Assembly: GCA_036679065.1 (NCBI GenBank)
Contig: JAZIGN010000003.1
Span: forward strand, 64,001 to 128,000
Length of the DNA: 64,000 nucleotides
Direction: 5' to 3'
Source of the DNA: Coprothermobacterota bacterium
GTDB lineage: Bacteria; Coprothermobacterota; Coprothermobacteria; Coprothermobacterales; Coprothermobacteraceae
Shown here: piece by piece, positions 9,211 through 19,360 of the stretch
How the letters are laid out: each line of letters starts with the position of its first letter
How positions within the stretch are numbered: the stretch's first letter is position 1
Translations under genes and position numbers: made by a program
The notes under the pieces: model-generated
What the model saw: only the letters and a program-made list of their open reading frames with translations
What the model was told of the DNA's origin: nothing
The model's database searches: none

Positions 9211-10635
9211 TTAAGTGTTCTGAGTGACTGTGAACTGCTGAATTACTTCACCATCCACGTTTTTGAACAAAAGCTCGGCTTCGTTTTGCTTTACTGTGAC
9301 TTCCAAGTAGCCCCAGGAATCACCGTAAAACCACTTGGAGTAATCTGACTTGATCGGCCTAGAACCTGGTACACCTCCACCGGCTACTCCATCCAGAACG
9401 TAGGTTACACCATCCTTTCCCAGAAGCTCCATATGATGGTTATGCCCTGATAGGACCAAATCCACATTGTATTTCTCAAAAAGTGGCGAGATCAGTCTGG
9501 TGGTGTCTTCGTGGTCAGCCCAAACACGTCCAGTTTCAATATCACCTGAAGAATAATAGAAGCAGTGTGAAATTGCTATGGCCCAGTCTTCCTGAGGTAT
9601 GGAACTCAGCTGGTCCTCCAGCCATTTTTTCTGCTCTGGAGTAAATTCCTCAGTACCCCAGAGAACTTCCAGCACAAGGAAATGCACGTTTCCCACATCT
9701 ATTCTGTGATAAAGTTCGTTTCCGCTGTCTATTCTGACTCCGTTAGCACCGTAGAAGTAATTCCTAAAGTGATACAAGCCTCCTATGAGAGTGTCATGGT
9801 TTCCCAAGACCAGGGCAACAGGTTTAGTCATGTTCTCACTTACATCAGAGAAAAACTCGCTCCAGTAGCCGTTAACCATGCCCAAGTCCACAATGTCGCC
9901 GTTCATAAAAAACAGGTTCACATTTGGGTCTTCGCCGATGCTACGTAGTATCTGCGTTCGCTCATCGCCATTAGCATCAGAACCTCCATAGTGAAAATCA
10001 GATGCCACAGCAAACGTCACCAACGTACCCGTTTTTGCCAAAGGTGGCGTACTAAAGGTTAGGCCCATCCTCTTATCCACTACGTAATAATACTCCGTTC
10101 CTGGCTGGAGATCCGTAAAGTGAAAGAGATGTTCCTTCACAGGCTTAGAATCGCCAAAAGCTTGTAGGTTGTCTCGCGTGCCCCAGCCACCAATCACAAC
10201 TGTTGGTGTTTCCGTACGAAAATACACATAGAGATTGGGTATGCCATGGATACCTGTGCTGGGCTCCACCAACAGTATTGGCTCAGTACTACTAAGGAGA
10301 GAATACGCGGGCACTACTACGTAAAAAACAATACCAATGCAAACAACGATCACCGCAACAGACAGAATGTTAAGTATCCATGACCCTACTTTGAACCAAG
10401 TGCGGCTTACAACGCCCCGTAGGAGCCAGAGAATAAGTGCCACTGCTGGCACCAGAAGACCAAGGCCGATAATGATATTCAGTAAGCGTCTGTAGTCGTG
10501 GTTCCAATTGTAAAGCCCCCATGTCCCGTGTTGAGAAAAAGCCCATATTGCCAAAACAAGAAAGAACAAGAAACTTGTAAGTGACAATATGAGGGTACCC
10601 CTGCCGATCTTATTCTTACGTTGAGACATACTCAT
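9211..10635 (-). CDS. Membrane-anchored calcineurin-like metallophosphoesterase (purple acid phosphatase-like, with FN3-like domain)
   Basis: Three N-terminal TM segments; LQPGTEYYY; SDFH, GDIVD, GNHD, GHNH. Confidence 0.85.
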   Translation of the reverse strand: MSMSQRKNKIGRGTLILSLTSFLFFLVLAIWAFSQHGTWGLYNWNHDYRRLLNIIIGLGLLVPAVALILWLLRGVVSRTWFKVGSWILNILSVAVIVVCIGIVFYVVVPAYSLLSSTEPILLVEPSTGIHGIPNLYVYFRTETPTVVIGGWGTRDNLQAFGDSKPVKEHLFHFTDLQPGTEYYYVVDKRMGLTFSTPPLAKTGTLVTFAVASDFHYGGSDANGDERTQILRSIGEDPNVNLFFMNGDIVDLGMVNGYWSEFFSDVSENMTKPVALVLGNHDTLIGGLYHFRNYFYGANGVRIDSGNELYHRIDVGNVHFLVLEVLWGTEEFTPEQKKWLEDQLSSIPQEDWAIAISHCFYYSSGDIETGRVWADHEDTTRLISPLFEKYNVDLVLSGHNHHMELLGKDGVTYVLDGVAGGGVPGSRPIKSDYSKWFYGDSWGYLEVTVKQNEAELLFKNVDGEVIQQFTVTQNT

Positions 10636-10745
10636 CGCACCTCCCTACTTGCCCTTAAGTTTACCATTGTGGAGGTTAATTAGCATGACTATAACCAATT
10701 GAGAATTCACCAAAAGAGTTCCGTGGTAAAATACAAATGGTGATG

Positions 10746-10782
10746 ACATATGAGCGATTATTCAAATGAGCAATTGTTAAAA
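10746..10782. promoter_or_regulatory. SmtB/CzrA-type operator(s) overlapping the start of the ArsR gene
   Basis: ACATATGAGCGATTATTCAAATG resembles the TGAA-N6-TTCA SmtB box; a second copy TGAGCAATTGTTAA follows. Extended -10 TGGTAAAAT at 10724-10732. Confidence 0.55.
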
Positions 10783-11067
10783 GATGAGATGCTTGTCTGC
10801 AATTTGGCTGACTTCTTTGATATTTTCGGTGATACGTCCCGCATCAAGATACTACTTGCTTTGCACGATAAGCCTCTGCCTGTGTCCAGCATAGCCGAAC
10901 TCACAGGACTTTCCCCTTCAGCTGTATCCCATCATCTTTCGCTACTTCGCGGAAGGCGCGTGGTAAAAGTTGAACGCAAAGGCAAGTACAGAGTGTATGA
11001 ATTAGACGACGATCATGTGAGCTCCGTACTGAAAATGGCCATAAGCCACATCCAGGAGGTGAAATAG
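10750..11067 (+). CDS. ArsR/SmtB-family metal-sensing repressor with alpha5 (Zn/Co-type) site
   Basis: FGDTSRIKIL, SAVSHHLSLLR helix-turn-helix; alpha5 motif D-x-H-x10-H-x2-E (DDDHVSSVLKMAISHIQE). Confidence 0.9.
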   Translation: MSDYSNEQLLKDEMLVCNLADFFDIFGDTSRIKILLALHDKPLPVSSIAELTGLSPSAVSHHLSLLRGRRVVKVERKGKYRVYELDDDHVSSVLKMAISHIQEVK

Positions 11068-11068
11068 G

Positions 11069-13028
11069 GTGAGAACAACCCTCACTGCAACTCAGCTCAA
11101 GTGCCCAAAGTGTGCTGTTCACATTGAAGAAGAAATAAAGAAGAAAAACCTAGCGCGAGATCTGGTTATTGACGTGCCCACAGGCATCATAAGTGTGGAA
11201 GCTGATGAGGAACAACTAATCCAAATAAAGAGGCTACTTTCGCAGGCCGGCTTGTACCACGAGGAGCACGAAGAAAGAACAGAACGTTTTATTACTATTT
11301 CAGGTCTTGTTTTGTTTGCAATCGGTTTTGCTGCCATTCGGCTTAGCCGACCTGTGGGTATTACTTTTTTGGTTGTGAGCTCCATAATAAACGGCTATCC
11401 ACGTGTGCACGAGCTGGTTCACAACTTAAGTGTGGGTGTGCTGGACATTTTCGATGAAAACCTACTTATGCTTTTAGGCGGAACTGGAGGGTTCATAGCC
11501 GGTGCTTATGTGGAAGCAGCCATGGTTTTTAACCTGTATGCCTTAGCCGAGATCATAGAGGAGTCTGTGAAAAAGAAAGCACAAGAGGGATTAAGAAGCA
11601 TATTGACTGACATACCTGACAGCGCCATGCTGATAAAAGAACAGCAACTCGTAGCGGTAGAGGTGGAACAACTTAAAGCTGGAGACCACATTCGGTTCAC
11701 AGCAGGTGATACGGTACCAGTGGACGTCGTCTTGGTTTCTCCCGCCTTAGTCGATGAAAGCGTCGTAACTGGTGAAAGTGCACCTGTAAACCATGAACCA
11801 GGTGACATGGTACTGTCAGGATCAAAGCTGCTTACTCCTTGTGATGCAGAAGTATTAAGACCCCTGCAGGAAAGCAACCTAGCACAAGTACAGAAAACCA
11901 TCGCTCAAACGTTAAGTAGAAAGAGTGCTTTTAGATCTTGGATGGAGCGTTTTACAAACGTGTATTCGCCTTTGGTACTCATAAGCGCTGTGGCGGTTTT
12001 CTTGTTCGGCTTATTGTCTGGAAATGCGTTTTCTGTGGCTGTTTATCGTAGTTCAGTTTTACTTCTCATTGCTTGTCCTTGTTCTCTACTGCTGGCTTCA
12101 CCTTCAGCTGTGTCAGCGGCTGTTTCTACGCTGGCACGCCAGGGCGTACTGGTTAGAAACACTGATGCCTTGGAGAAGCTTCCACAAGTGAGAACAGTGG
12201 TTTTCGATAAGACCGGAACCATTACTACAGGCCGCATGAAGATCACCGAAGCTCAGATAAGCGATGAATATTTAGCCTTGGTTGCTTCAGTGGAATCTTA
12301 CTTTAAGCATCCTGTAGCTGACACTATCGTTGCTTATGCTGCAGAAAAGAACATTGTTTTGAAAGAAGCAAAAGTTAGACAAGATGGAAATGTCATTACC
12401 GGAGAAGTAGAAAACCATCAAGTGGAGCTAACAATGAAAGACCTGCTGCAGGTGAAAGTTGATGGAATGGATGTTGGGTTTTTTAAGGTTGAAGAAGAGC
12501 TCCGTGATGAGGCCCCCTGGTGTTATACAGCGTCTTAAAGATCAGGGTTACAAAGTAATCATACTAAGTGGAGATCAGCCCGAGAAAGTGGAAACCCTGG
12601 CAAGACACCTGACAGTCGATGAATACTACTCAAATATGACTCCCGATGGTAAACAAGCTTTTATCAAAGAACTTGAAAAGCGAGAACACTGCTTAATGGT
12701 AGGAGACGGTCTTAACGATGCCCTAGCGCTCTCTGAGGCTCACGTGTCCGTGGCACTGCCAGATAGACAGATTAAGACCATTGTAGAAACCGCTGATTTC
12801 ATACTAAGCGGGACATTAACGCCGCTGGTTAATTTGCCCAGTTATGCCCAGTCGTACACAAGTACTGTAAAAACCAATGTGGGATTGTCCCTGGGAATAA
12901 AAGTAGCCATCTTTACTACAAGCCTTTTGGGCTACGTAGCACTGCCGTTGGCCGTTGTGGCTGACGAAGGCACTGCATTACTCGTACTGCTGAACAGTCT
13001 CAGATTAACAAGCAGAGCCTCCCATTAA
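11069..13028 (+). pseudogene. Heavy-metal P1B-type ATPase (CadA/ZntA-like), split by a +1 frameshift at the C5 run 12513-12517
   Basis: ORF 11069-12538 has CPKC, TGES, CPC, DKTGT and HP; ORF 12459-13028 has SGD and GDGLND. Removing one C joins ...EELRDEAP to GVIQRLK.... Confidence 0.85.
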
Positions 13029-13041
13029 GAAGGAGGCTCTG
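13013..13041. terminator. Hairpin between convergent genes
   Basis: CAGAGCCTCC-N9-GGAGGCTCTG; no clear U-tract. Confidence 0.55.
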
Positions 13042-13070
13042 TACTCTACTATGCACTCAACCGATCTTAC

Positions 13071-14015
13071 TTATTTACGGCGTCCTTTTTGGTTCTCAAA
13101 GCTAGGACCCTTTCCTTGGTTCTCAAAACCAGGGCCTTTTCCTTTGTCAAAGTCGTTCTTAAGAGCGTGGGTTAGCCAACCTGGTACGGGTAGTCCCTGT
13201 TTCTCCAGCTCAGCGCTGATTTTATCCGTTAACATTTTTAGCGCCGTTTCAAATTTATCTTGTGACACGCCAAAGTTGCTTAGAGCCTGTATCAACGTGT
13301 GATCTGTTGTGTAGCTGAGCACCTGGTCCAGCGTTACACCTGTAGTAGAAGTTACAATAGCTTGAGCCTTGATTATTTCTACTAACCCAACATCATACTT
13401 CTCTCTCAGGTTATCAAGATTTGTGGTGCTGGTGCCGAGCGCCGAAGCAACTACTTGATAAACTTTACTCAGTTGCAAAGTACTCAGAGGTGTCGTGGTA
13501 GCTGTATTACGGTAACTCCACCTGTTGCCTAAACCAAGGCCTTTTCCCAAGCCGCGTAGACCTGGAATGTTTATTCCAGCATTCTTCAGCTCAGCTGTGA
13601 TCTTGTCCGTTAGCGTTTCCAGAGAAGTTTTGAACTTGTCAAGATCCACGCCAAAGTAGTTAAGTCCTTCAATTAGCTTGTGCTCCGTCATGTAGCTTAG
13701 AACCTTGTCTAAAGTTACAGCAGTGGTAGCAGTGACCACAGCTTGAGCTTTGATTATTGCTCCTAACCCAATGTCATATTTCTCTTCCAAGTTTTTGAGA
13801 TTTGTAGTGGTAGTGCTAAGCGCTGAGGCGACTATTTGGTAAGCTCTATTCAGCTGCTCAGTACTTAGTGGTGTAGCAGTAAGTGGTGCGTTTGCTGTTG
13901 TCATGCGATTGTTTAACTTTAAACCAACGCCATTTCCTTGAGCAGCCAATGTTACCGCTGGGAATATGGCAGCGAGAAGCACTATGACTGCTGCTATTGC
14001 GAGTAGCTTTTTCAT
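13071..14015 (-). CDS. Secreted hypothetical protein with two ~127-aa internal repeats
   Basis: Signal peptide MKKLLAIAAVIVLLAAIFPAVTLA; duplicated TPLST...VASAL...EKYD...IIKAQA...LTDKI.AEL...PG unit; GGAGG RBS. Confidence 0.8.
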   Translation of the reverse strand: MKKLLAIAAVIVLLAAIFPAVTLAAQGNGVGLKLNNRMTTANAPLTATPLSTEQLNRAYQIVASALSTTTTNLKNLEEKYDIGLGAIIKAQAVVTATTAVTLDKVLSYMTEHKLIEGLNYFGVDLDKFKTSLETLTDKITAELKNAGINIPGLRGLGKGLGLGNRWSYRNTATTTPLSTLQLSKVYQVVASALGTSTTNLDNLREKYDVGLVEIIKAQAIVTSTTGVTLDQVLSYTTDHTLIQALSNFGVSQDKFETALKMLTDKISAELEKQGLPVPGWLTHALKNDFDKGKGPGFENQGKGPSFENQKGRRK

Positions 14016-14115
14016 TCTTGTCTCCCTCCTTTCCGCCGAGAGTTTAATCGGCTCTTGGCTAACCTGTATTTATATACGTTCAAAACCAGTAGAAAGTTTC
14101 ATCAATTCACATTCA

Positions 14116-15492
14116 CTAAGGAAGAGTTGTTTTAAACCCTCCTGCGGCCAGGGCTTCTTCAAGCTCTTGACGAATGGCTTCCAAGTCTTCTGGGTTCTTG
14201 GCTTCGTACCTGACAATGATCTCAGGGCCAGTGTTAGAAGCACGAACCAATCCCCATCCGCTCTTTATGTAGACACGTACTCCATCAACATCCACCAGTG
14301 GGTATCCTTTACCGGCGAAGTAACTCTTCACAAATTCCACCAGTTGGAACTTTTTCTCATCGCTGAATTCCAAGCGTATCTCAGGGCTGGCATGGTACAC
14401 GGGTATGGTACTGACAAGATCAGAAAGCTTCTTCCCAGATTCTTTAATAAGCCTAAGGAGTCGCAAAGCGGAATAAAGCGCATCATCGTAACCGTAATAC
14501 TCATCGGCAAAGAACATGTGGCCGGACATCTCACCAGCAAAAGGACTCCCCAACTCTCTCATTTTTGCTTTTATAAGACTGTGGCCAGTTTTGTACATGA
14601 CCACTTCGGCACCCATTCTTTTGAGTTCTTCAACCAAGGCCTCTGAACATTTAACTTCCACAATGGCTTTTACAGTCTTGGGATCACGCTTGCTTAGGAT
14701 TTCACGCCAAAACAGAATCATGAGCACGTCTCCAAAAAGTATGTTTCCTTTGTCATCCACCACACCAAGTCTGTCGCCATCGCCATCGAAACCCAAACCT
14801 AAGTCCAGCTTCTTATCCAGAACTAACTTCTTAAGATCTTGCATGTTCTCTGCTTTCACTGGGTCTGGCTGGTGATGAGGAAAATTGGGATCTGAATCGC
14901 AGTAAAGTGGCTCCACCTGTGCGCCCGCACGCCCAAGCAACTGCGGAGCAAACAGGGAAGCAGTACCGTTACCGCAGTCTACACCCACATGTAGGGGAAG
15001 AGTGGTACCTATCTTTTCAAGTAAGTCCTTGAAATAATCCTCTTTGTGGTCGTAGGGCTCAGCACGCCCTTCACCGGCGACAAAATCGTCATTTTCCACC
15101 ATGTCTGCAATTACTTGAATTTGGTCACCATAAAGCGTGCTTTCCCCCAAGAACAGCTTGAACCCATTGTATTGAGGTGGATTATGACTTGCAGTTACCA
15201 TGACGCCAGCACCCACACCTTTTGTGACGCAAGCATGGTAGAACAATGGCGTTATAACGGTCCCCAGATCGTAAACGTAAATGCCTGACTTGGTTAATCC
15301 TTCGATGACCGCATCTCTTAGCTTCGGTGAACTCTTCCTATTGTCAGCTCCCACGAACATTTCTGAGTAACCACGTTCCCTTGCGTATTTGCCAAAAGCT
15401 CTGGCAATACCAAAAGCTGCTTCGCTTGTTAAATCCTGATCAGCCACTCCGCGAATATCGTATTCTCTGAACATTTCACGGTTTATTCTCAT
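14116..15492 (-). CDS. Phosphomannomutase/phosphoglucomutase
   Basis: FREYDIRG, TASHNP, DGDGDR, GEMSGH, VRASNT. Start at ATG 15492 after GGAGG. Confidence 0.95.
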   Translation of the reverse strand: MRINREMFREYDIRGVADQDLTSEAAFGIARAFGKYARERGYSEMFVGADNRKSSPKLRDAVIEGLTKSGIYVYDLGTVITPLFYHACVTKGVGAGVMVTASHNPPQYNGFKLFLGESTLYGDQIQVIADMVENDDFVAGEGRAEPYDHKEDYFKDLLEKIGTTLPLHVGVDCGNGTASLFAPQLLGRAGAQVEPLYCDSDPNFPHHQPDPVKAENMQDLKKLVLDKKLDLGLGFDGDGDRLGVVDDKGNILFGDVLMILFWREILSKRDPKTVKAIVEVKCSEALVEELKRMGAEVVMYKTGHSLIKAKMRELGSPFAGEMSGHMFFADEYYGYDDALYSALRLLRLIKESGKKLSDLVSTIPVYHASPEIRLEFSDEKKFQLVEFVKSYFAGKGYPLVDVDGVRVYIKSGWGLVRASNTGPEIIVRYEAKNPEDLEAIRQELEEALAAGGFKTTLP

Positions 15493-15649
15493 GATTCCCA
15501 ACCTCCCTTGTTATTCTGAATACCGATCATTCACAAGAATCATATTCCGCACACACACCCAAATGCGCTCCGGCTACCTGAAAACTAAACTCTTCCTTAA
15601 GATTATTTTCTCATAACTGCATTGTATAATCACAGAGGAGGTGATTTGA

Positions 15650-16831
15650 ATGAATCCAAGAAAAGTCACCGATAATGTGTTCTTCGTAGGCGCACCAGAT
15701 TGGGATAGGCGCCTCTTTGACGCTTTGATCCCGCTGCCGCAAGGCACAAGTTACAACGCCTATTTAATAACCGGGCAAGAAAAAACTGCCCTCATCGATA
15801 CTGTGGATCCCACAAAGTGGGACGTTTTGAAAGCTTATTTGGAACAAATAAAAACCATCGACTACGTTATCATCCAGCACGTGGAACAGGACCACAGCGG
15901 ATCATTGCCCATGGTGCTTGAAAAGTACCCAAATGCTAAAGTGATCGCTAACAGCAAAGCCAAAGAGCTCATACTCACACATTTGCACGTGCCTGAAGAA
16001 AATATCCAAGTCATTGAGGATGGAGAGAAGCTGGATCTGGGAGGACTCACGCTCCAGTTCATATTTGCTCCATGGGTGCACTGGCCTGAAACCATGCTTA
16101 CGTACTTACCAGAAAGGAAACTCCTTTTTACTTGTGACTTCTTGGGCTCACATTTAGCCACATCTAGCCTGTTCATCGAAGATGAGCGCTTAGTTTATTT
16201 AGGAGCAAAGAGATATTACGCTGAAATCATGTCTCCGTTTAGAAACCTGATAAAGGGGCACTTAGAAAAAATAAAGAAACTGGACATAGATATGATTGCA
16301 CCAAGCCATGGCCCCATTTACCAAAACCCACAATTCATCGTAGAAGCTTATGAAGAGTGGATTTCTGACCAGCCCAAGAACATTGTTCTGATGCCCTGGA
16401 TTAGCATGCACGGCAGCACTCAAGCCATGGTGGAGTACCTCAGTAACAGACTCATTGAAAAAGGCGTGGAAGTGGAACCCTATGATATTTCAAAAGTGGA
16501 CTTAGGTGAGCTAACCATGGCAACAGTGGATGCCGCTACCATTATATTGGCAGCGCCCACCATCCTTACGAATATGCACCCCATGGCTGAACTGGTAGCT
16601 TACTGGGTAAGCATACTCAGGCCCAAGGCAAAGGCATACGGTTTCATCGGTTCTTACGGTTGGGGTGGCAAAACCCTTGAAACAGTCAAATCACTGTTTA
16701 GTGGCATAAAAGCCGACTTCTTTGAGCCCGTGATGGTAAAGGGCCTTCCCACGCAAGCTGACTATGAAGCACTGGATAAACTGGCTGATGCCATAGTGGA
16801 AAAACACAGAGTACTAGGGCTTTTGCCCTAG
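15650..16831 (+). CDS. fprA: Flavodiiron protein (FprA family, O2/NO reductase)
   Basis: GTSYNAY, HVEQDHSG, HWPE, CDFLG, PSHG; flavodoxin domain SMHGST and GSYGWG. Confidence 0.93.
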   Translation: MNPRKVTDNVFFVGAPDWDRRLFDALIPLPQGTSYNAYLITGQEKTALIDTVDPTKWDVLKAYLEQIKTIDYVIIQHVEQDHSGSLPMVLEKYPNAKVIANSKAKELILTHLHVPEENIQVIEDGEKLDLGGLTLQFIFAPWVHWPETMLTYLPERKLLFTCDFLGSHLATSSLFIEDERLVYLGAKRYYAEIMSPFRNLIKGHLEKIKKLDIDMIAPSHGPIYQNPQFIVEAYEEWISDQPKNIVLMPWISMHGSTQAMVEYLSNRLIEKGVEVEPYDISKVDLGELTMATVDAATIILAAPTILTNMHPMAELVAYWVSILRPKAKAYGFIGSYGWGGKTLETVKSLFSGIKADFFEPVMVKGLPTQADYEALDKLADAIVEKHRVLGLLP

Positions 16832-17268
16832 TACTCGTATTTGCGCACCAAGCGCGGATATTTCTTTTGAAAAAAGGGCGAAGAAACCACAAAGTCAGCA
16901 GTGGCTTTATCTGAAACTACCACCACGTTCCAGACTACAGCGATCCTAAGCAAAGCTTTAACGTCTGGGTCGTGAGGCATGGGCTCTAAGGGATCCCAGA
17001 AGAAAACAAGTATGTCCACACCATTATTCGCTATGAGTGAGCCCACTTCCTGATCGCCGCCCAAGGGCCCTGGCTTGAACTTGGTTATTTCCAACCCCAG
17101 CTTCTCCTCCAGTAGTGTACCTGTTCCCCAAGTGGCGTAAAGCCTGTGCTTCTTAAGTGTTTCCACGTTATAAGATGCCCAATCCAGCAGATCTTGTTTC
17201 CTGTTGTCATGTGCAATCAGCGCAATACGTTTGACCTCGCCCATTTCCACAATTTCTATTTCATCCAT
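16828..17268 (-). CDS. mgsA: Methylglyoxal synthase (atypical phosphate loops)
   Basis: IALIAHDNRK, GPLGGDQ, FFWDPLEPMPHDPDVKALLR. Confidence 0.9.
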   Translation of the reverse strand: MDEIEIVEMGEVKRIALIAHDNRKQDLLDWASYNVETLKKHRLYATWGTGTLLEEKLGLEITKFKPGPLGGDQEVGSLIANNGVDILVFFWDPLEPMPHDPDVKALLRIAVVWNVVVVSDKATADFVVSSPFFQKKYPRLVRKYEY

Positions 17269-17319
17269 GACAAATCCCCTCCTTTCTTGCTTTTAGTACG
17301 CCGAAGCTTGTACCCCCAC

Positions 17320-18561
17320 CTAAGTCGGTTGACGCTTCAAAGAAACCGACCAGACAATTGATATTACCATAATGAGCACCAAACTAAGCACACCGCTGAT
17401 GCCGAACGCCCAATCCACTCCAAGGTTTTGAGTAACCCACCCTGAAAAGTAACTGCCAAAAGGAGCAACCCCAACAAACATGAGGGAGTACAAGCTCATT
17501 ACCCTACCCCTAAACTCATCTTCGCTGTTTATTTGTATGGCCGTGTTGGACAAAGTGTTAAATGCTTGCATACAAATACCTGCCAGAAACAAAAACAGTT
17601 CTGCTAAAAACACACTCCTGCTTACAGACAAGGCAACTAAGGACAAGCTTAGACCGTAGGCCCCAAACCAATAGATGCGGTTTGTTCCTCCACGAGATCC
17701 TGTGGCGGACAAATACAAGGAAATGAGAAAAGCACCCAATCCCATGAAAGTCATTAAGGTACCGTAACCAGTCACGCCAATATTCAACTGTACTTTGGCC
17801 AATGTGGGCACCAATATGTTGAAGTTCATGGCGAGCAAGCTAAGAGTACCCATCATAATCAGGGGAAACATGATAGAAGGTCTCTTGCGAACGTACTTTA
17901 ATCCAGCTAAAACATCTTTCCATGCACCGCGTTTTGATGGCTGCAAATGTATGTGTGAAATGTCCATCATGTAGAGCCCCGCAATGACAGCTACAAAGCT
18001 CAATGCATTCAGATAAAAGCATATGGCTATACCCAGGGCGGCGATGAGAAAAGCCGCCACGCTTGGTCCCACAATGCGAGCCAAGTTAAATATCATGGAG
18101 TTCATGGAAATGGCTGAAGTCAAGTCCTTCTTGTCCACTATTTCAGCGTACAAAGACTGACGAGCAGGCATGTCAAAAGTATTGGTGAGTCCCAGAAGTG
18201 TAGCGAGAACAAGCACATGCCAGTATTTAACTATGCCCAATAGAGTAAGCGTAGCCAAGATAGCTGCCAAAATACCAAAACAGGTCTGAGTCACTAGCAA
18301 GACATTGCGCTTCGGGAAACGCTCCACGAAAGCTCCAGCAACCAACGAAAAGAGCAGCACTGGAAGAGTTTGTAACATGGTGACAATACCCAGCATGTAA
18401 GCAGAATTGTTAGTTAGTTCCAACACCAGCCAGCCCTGTCCCACATTTTGAATCCAAGTGCCAATAAGAGAAACCGCTTGACCAAACCAAAAAAGTTTAA
18501 AGTTCCTGTAACTTAGTGCAGGAAATGTCCTGTAAAGACGATCTAACCACTTCTCATTCAT
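17320..18561 (-). CDS. MFS transporter (MFS_3/DUF894-like)
   Basis: FWFGQAVSLIGTWIQ, FDMPARQS, NLARIVGP, FRGRVMSLY; about 12 TM segments. Confidence 0.9.
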   Translation of the reverse strand: MNEKWLDRLYRTFPALSYRNFKLFWFGQAVSLIGTWIQNVGQGWLVLELTNNSAYMLGIVTMLQTLPVLLFSLVAGAFVERFPKRNVLLVTQTCFGILAAILATLTLLGIVKYWHVLVLATLLGLTNTFDMPARQSLYAEIVDKKDLTSAISMNSMIFNLARIVGPSVAAFLIAALGIAICFYLNALSFVAVIAGLYMMDISHIHLQPSKRGAWKDVLAGLKYVRKRPSIMFPLIMMGTLSLLAMNFNILVPTLAKVQLNIGVTGYGTLMTFMGLGAFLISLYLSATGSRGGTNRIYWFGAYGLSLSLVALSVSRSVFLAELFLFLAGICMQAFNTLSNTAIQINSEDEFRGRVMSLYSLMFVGVAPFGSYFSGWVTQNLGVDWAFGISGVLSLVLIMVISIVWSVSLKRQPT

Positions 18562-18657
18562 GATTTGGCATCACCAGCTTAGCTCTTGAATGTTTCTAAT
18601 TTTAAATCAAGGTAGAGAATGCTACGTTAACACAGTTAATCCTATAATTAAAAGGAC

Positions 18658-19308
18658 ATGCTCATAGCAGCCAGTTCAGACATACACAGTCCAAAATACA
18701 TCAGGCTTTTCATTGACAGCATAAGAAACTTGCCTGTGCCAGATTTGTTTCTACTTGCGGGTGATTTGGTTCTAAGAGGCGCCGCAGGCGCTTTTGACCT
18801 GATCCATGAAGAAGTCCGTCAGAACTGGGAAGATGTTCCCGTGGTCGCCATATTTGGCAACGAAGAATTTGAAAACACGAAAAGAAAACTGAAAAGGGAA
18901 TACTCTGACATAATCTGGCTTGACGATGAACAAGTACAGGTAAAAGGCGTTGACATTTTCGGTACTACGGGAGTACTTGATGAGCCCACGGCTTGGCAAA
19001 GCAAAGCCGTACCAGGTATTACCAAGATTTACGAAAATCGCATGGAAAAGATCGAAACCTTCGCTTCAAAGCACCCTAATTCCATATTGCTGACCCATTA
19101 TGCTGTGGGCACATACACCATTGACCCAGTACCTAATCCACTGCAACTCACCTCAGAAAAACTTCTCCAAAGTCTTTTAGACCTTCCCATTACTGTGATT
19201 CATGGACACTGTCACTATGCACCCCAATGGATGTACAAAGAGGAGAACCTAACCATTTACAATGTGGCACTACCACTACATAGAGGAATAGTTTTACTCA
19301 ACGTGTAA
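18658..19308 (+). CDS. Calcineurin-like metallophosphoesterase
   Basis: SDIH, AGDL, GNEE, THY, HGHCH. Confidence 0.85.
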   Translation: MLIAASSDIHSPKYIRLFIDSIRNLPVPDLFLLAGDLVLRGAAGAFDLIHEEVRQNWEDVPVVAIFGNEEFENTKRKLKREYSDIIWLDDEQVQVKGVDIFGTTGVLDEPTAWQSKAVPGITKIYENRMEKIETFASKHPNSILLTHYAVGTYTIDPVPNPLQLTSEKLLQSLLDLPITVIHGHCHYAPQWMYKEENLTIYNVALPLHRGIVLLNV

Positions 19309-19360
19309 GTCAGACACACTTAGGAGAATATGAAAAGCTAATTAGCTGAAGGAGGCGACT

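Noticed and set aside
13966..14646. 226-aa plus-strand ORF
   Set aside because: Antisense to the phosphomannomutase gene and the repeat-protein gene; no motifs.
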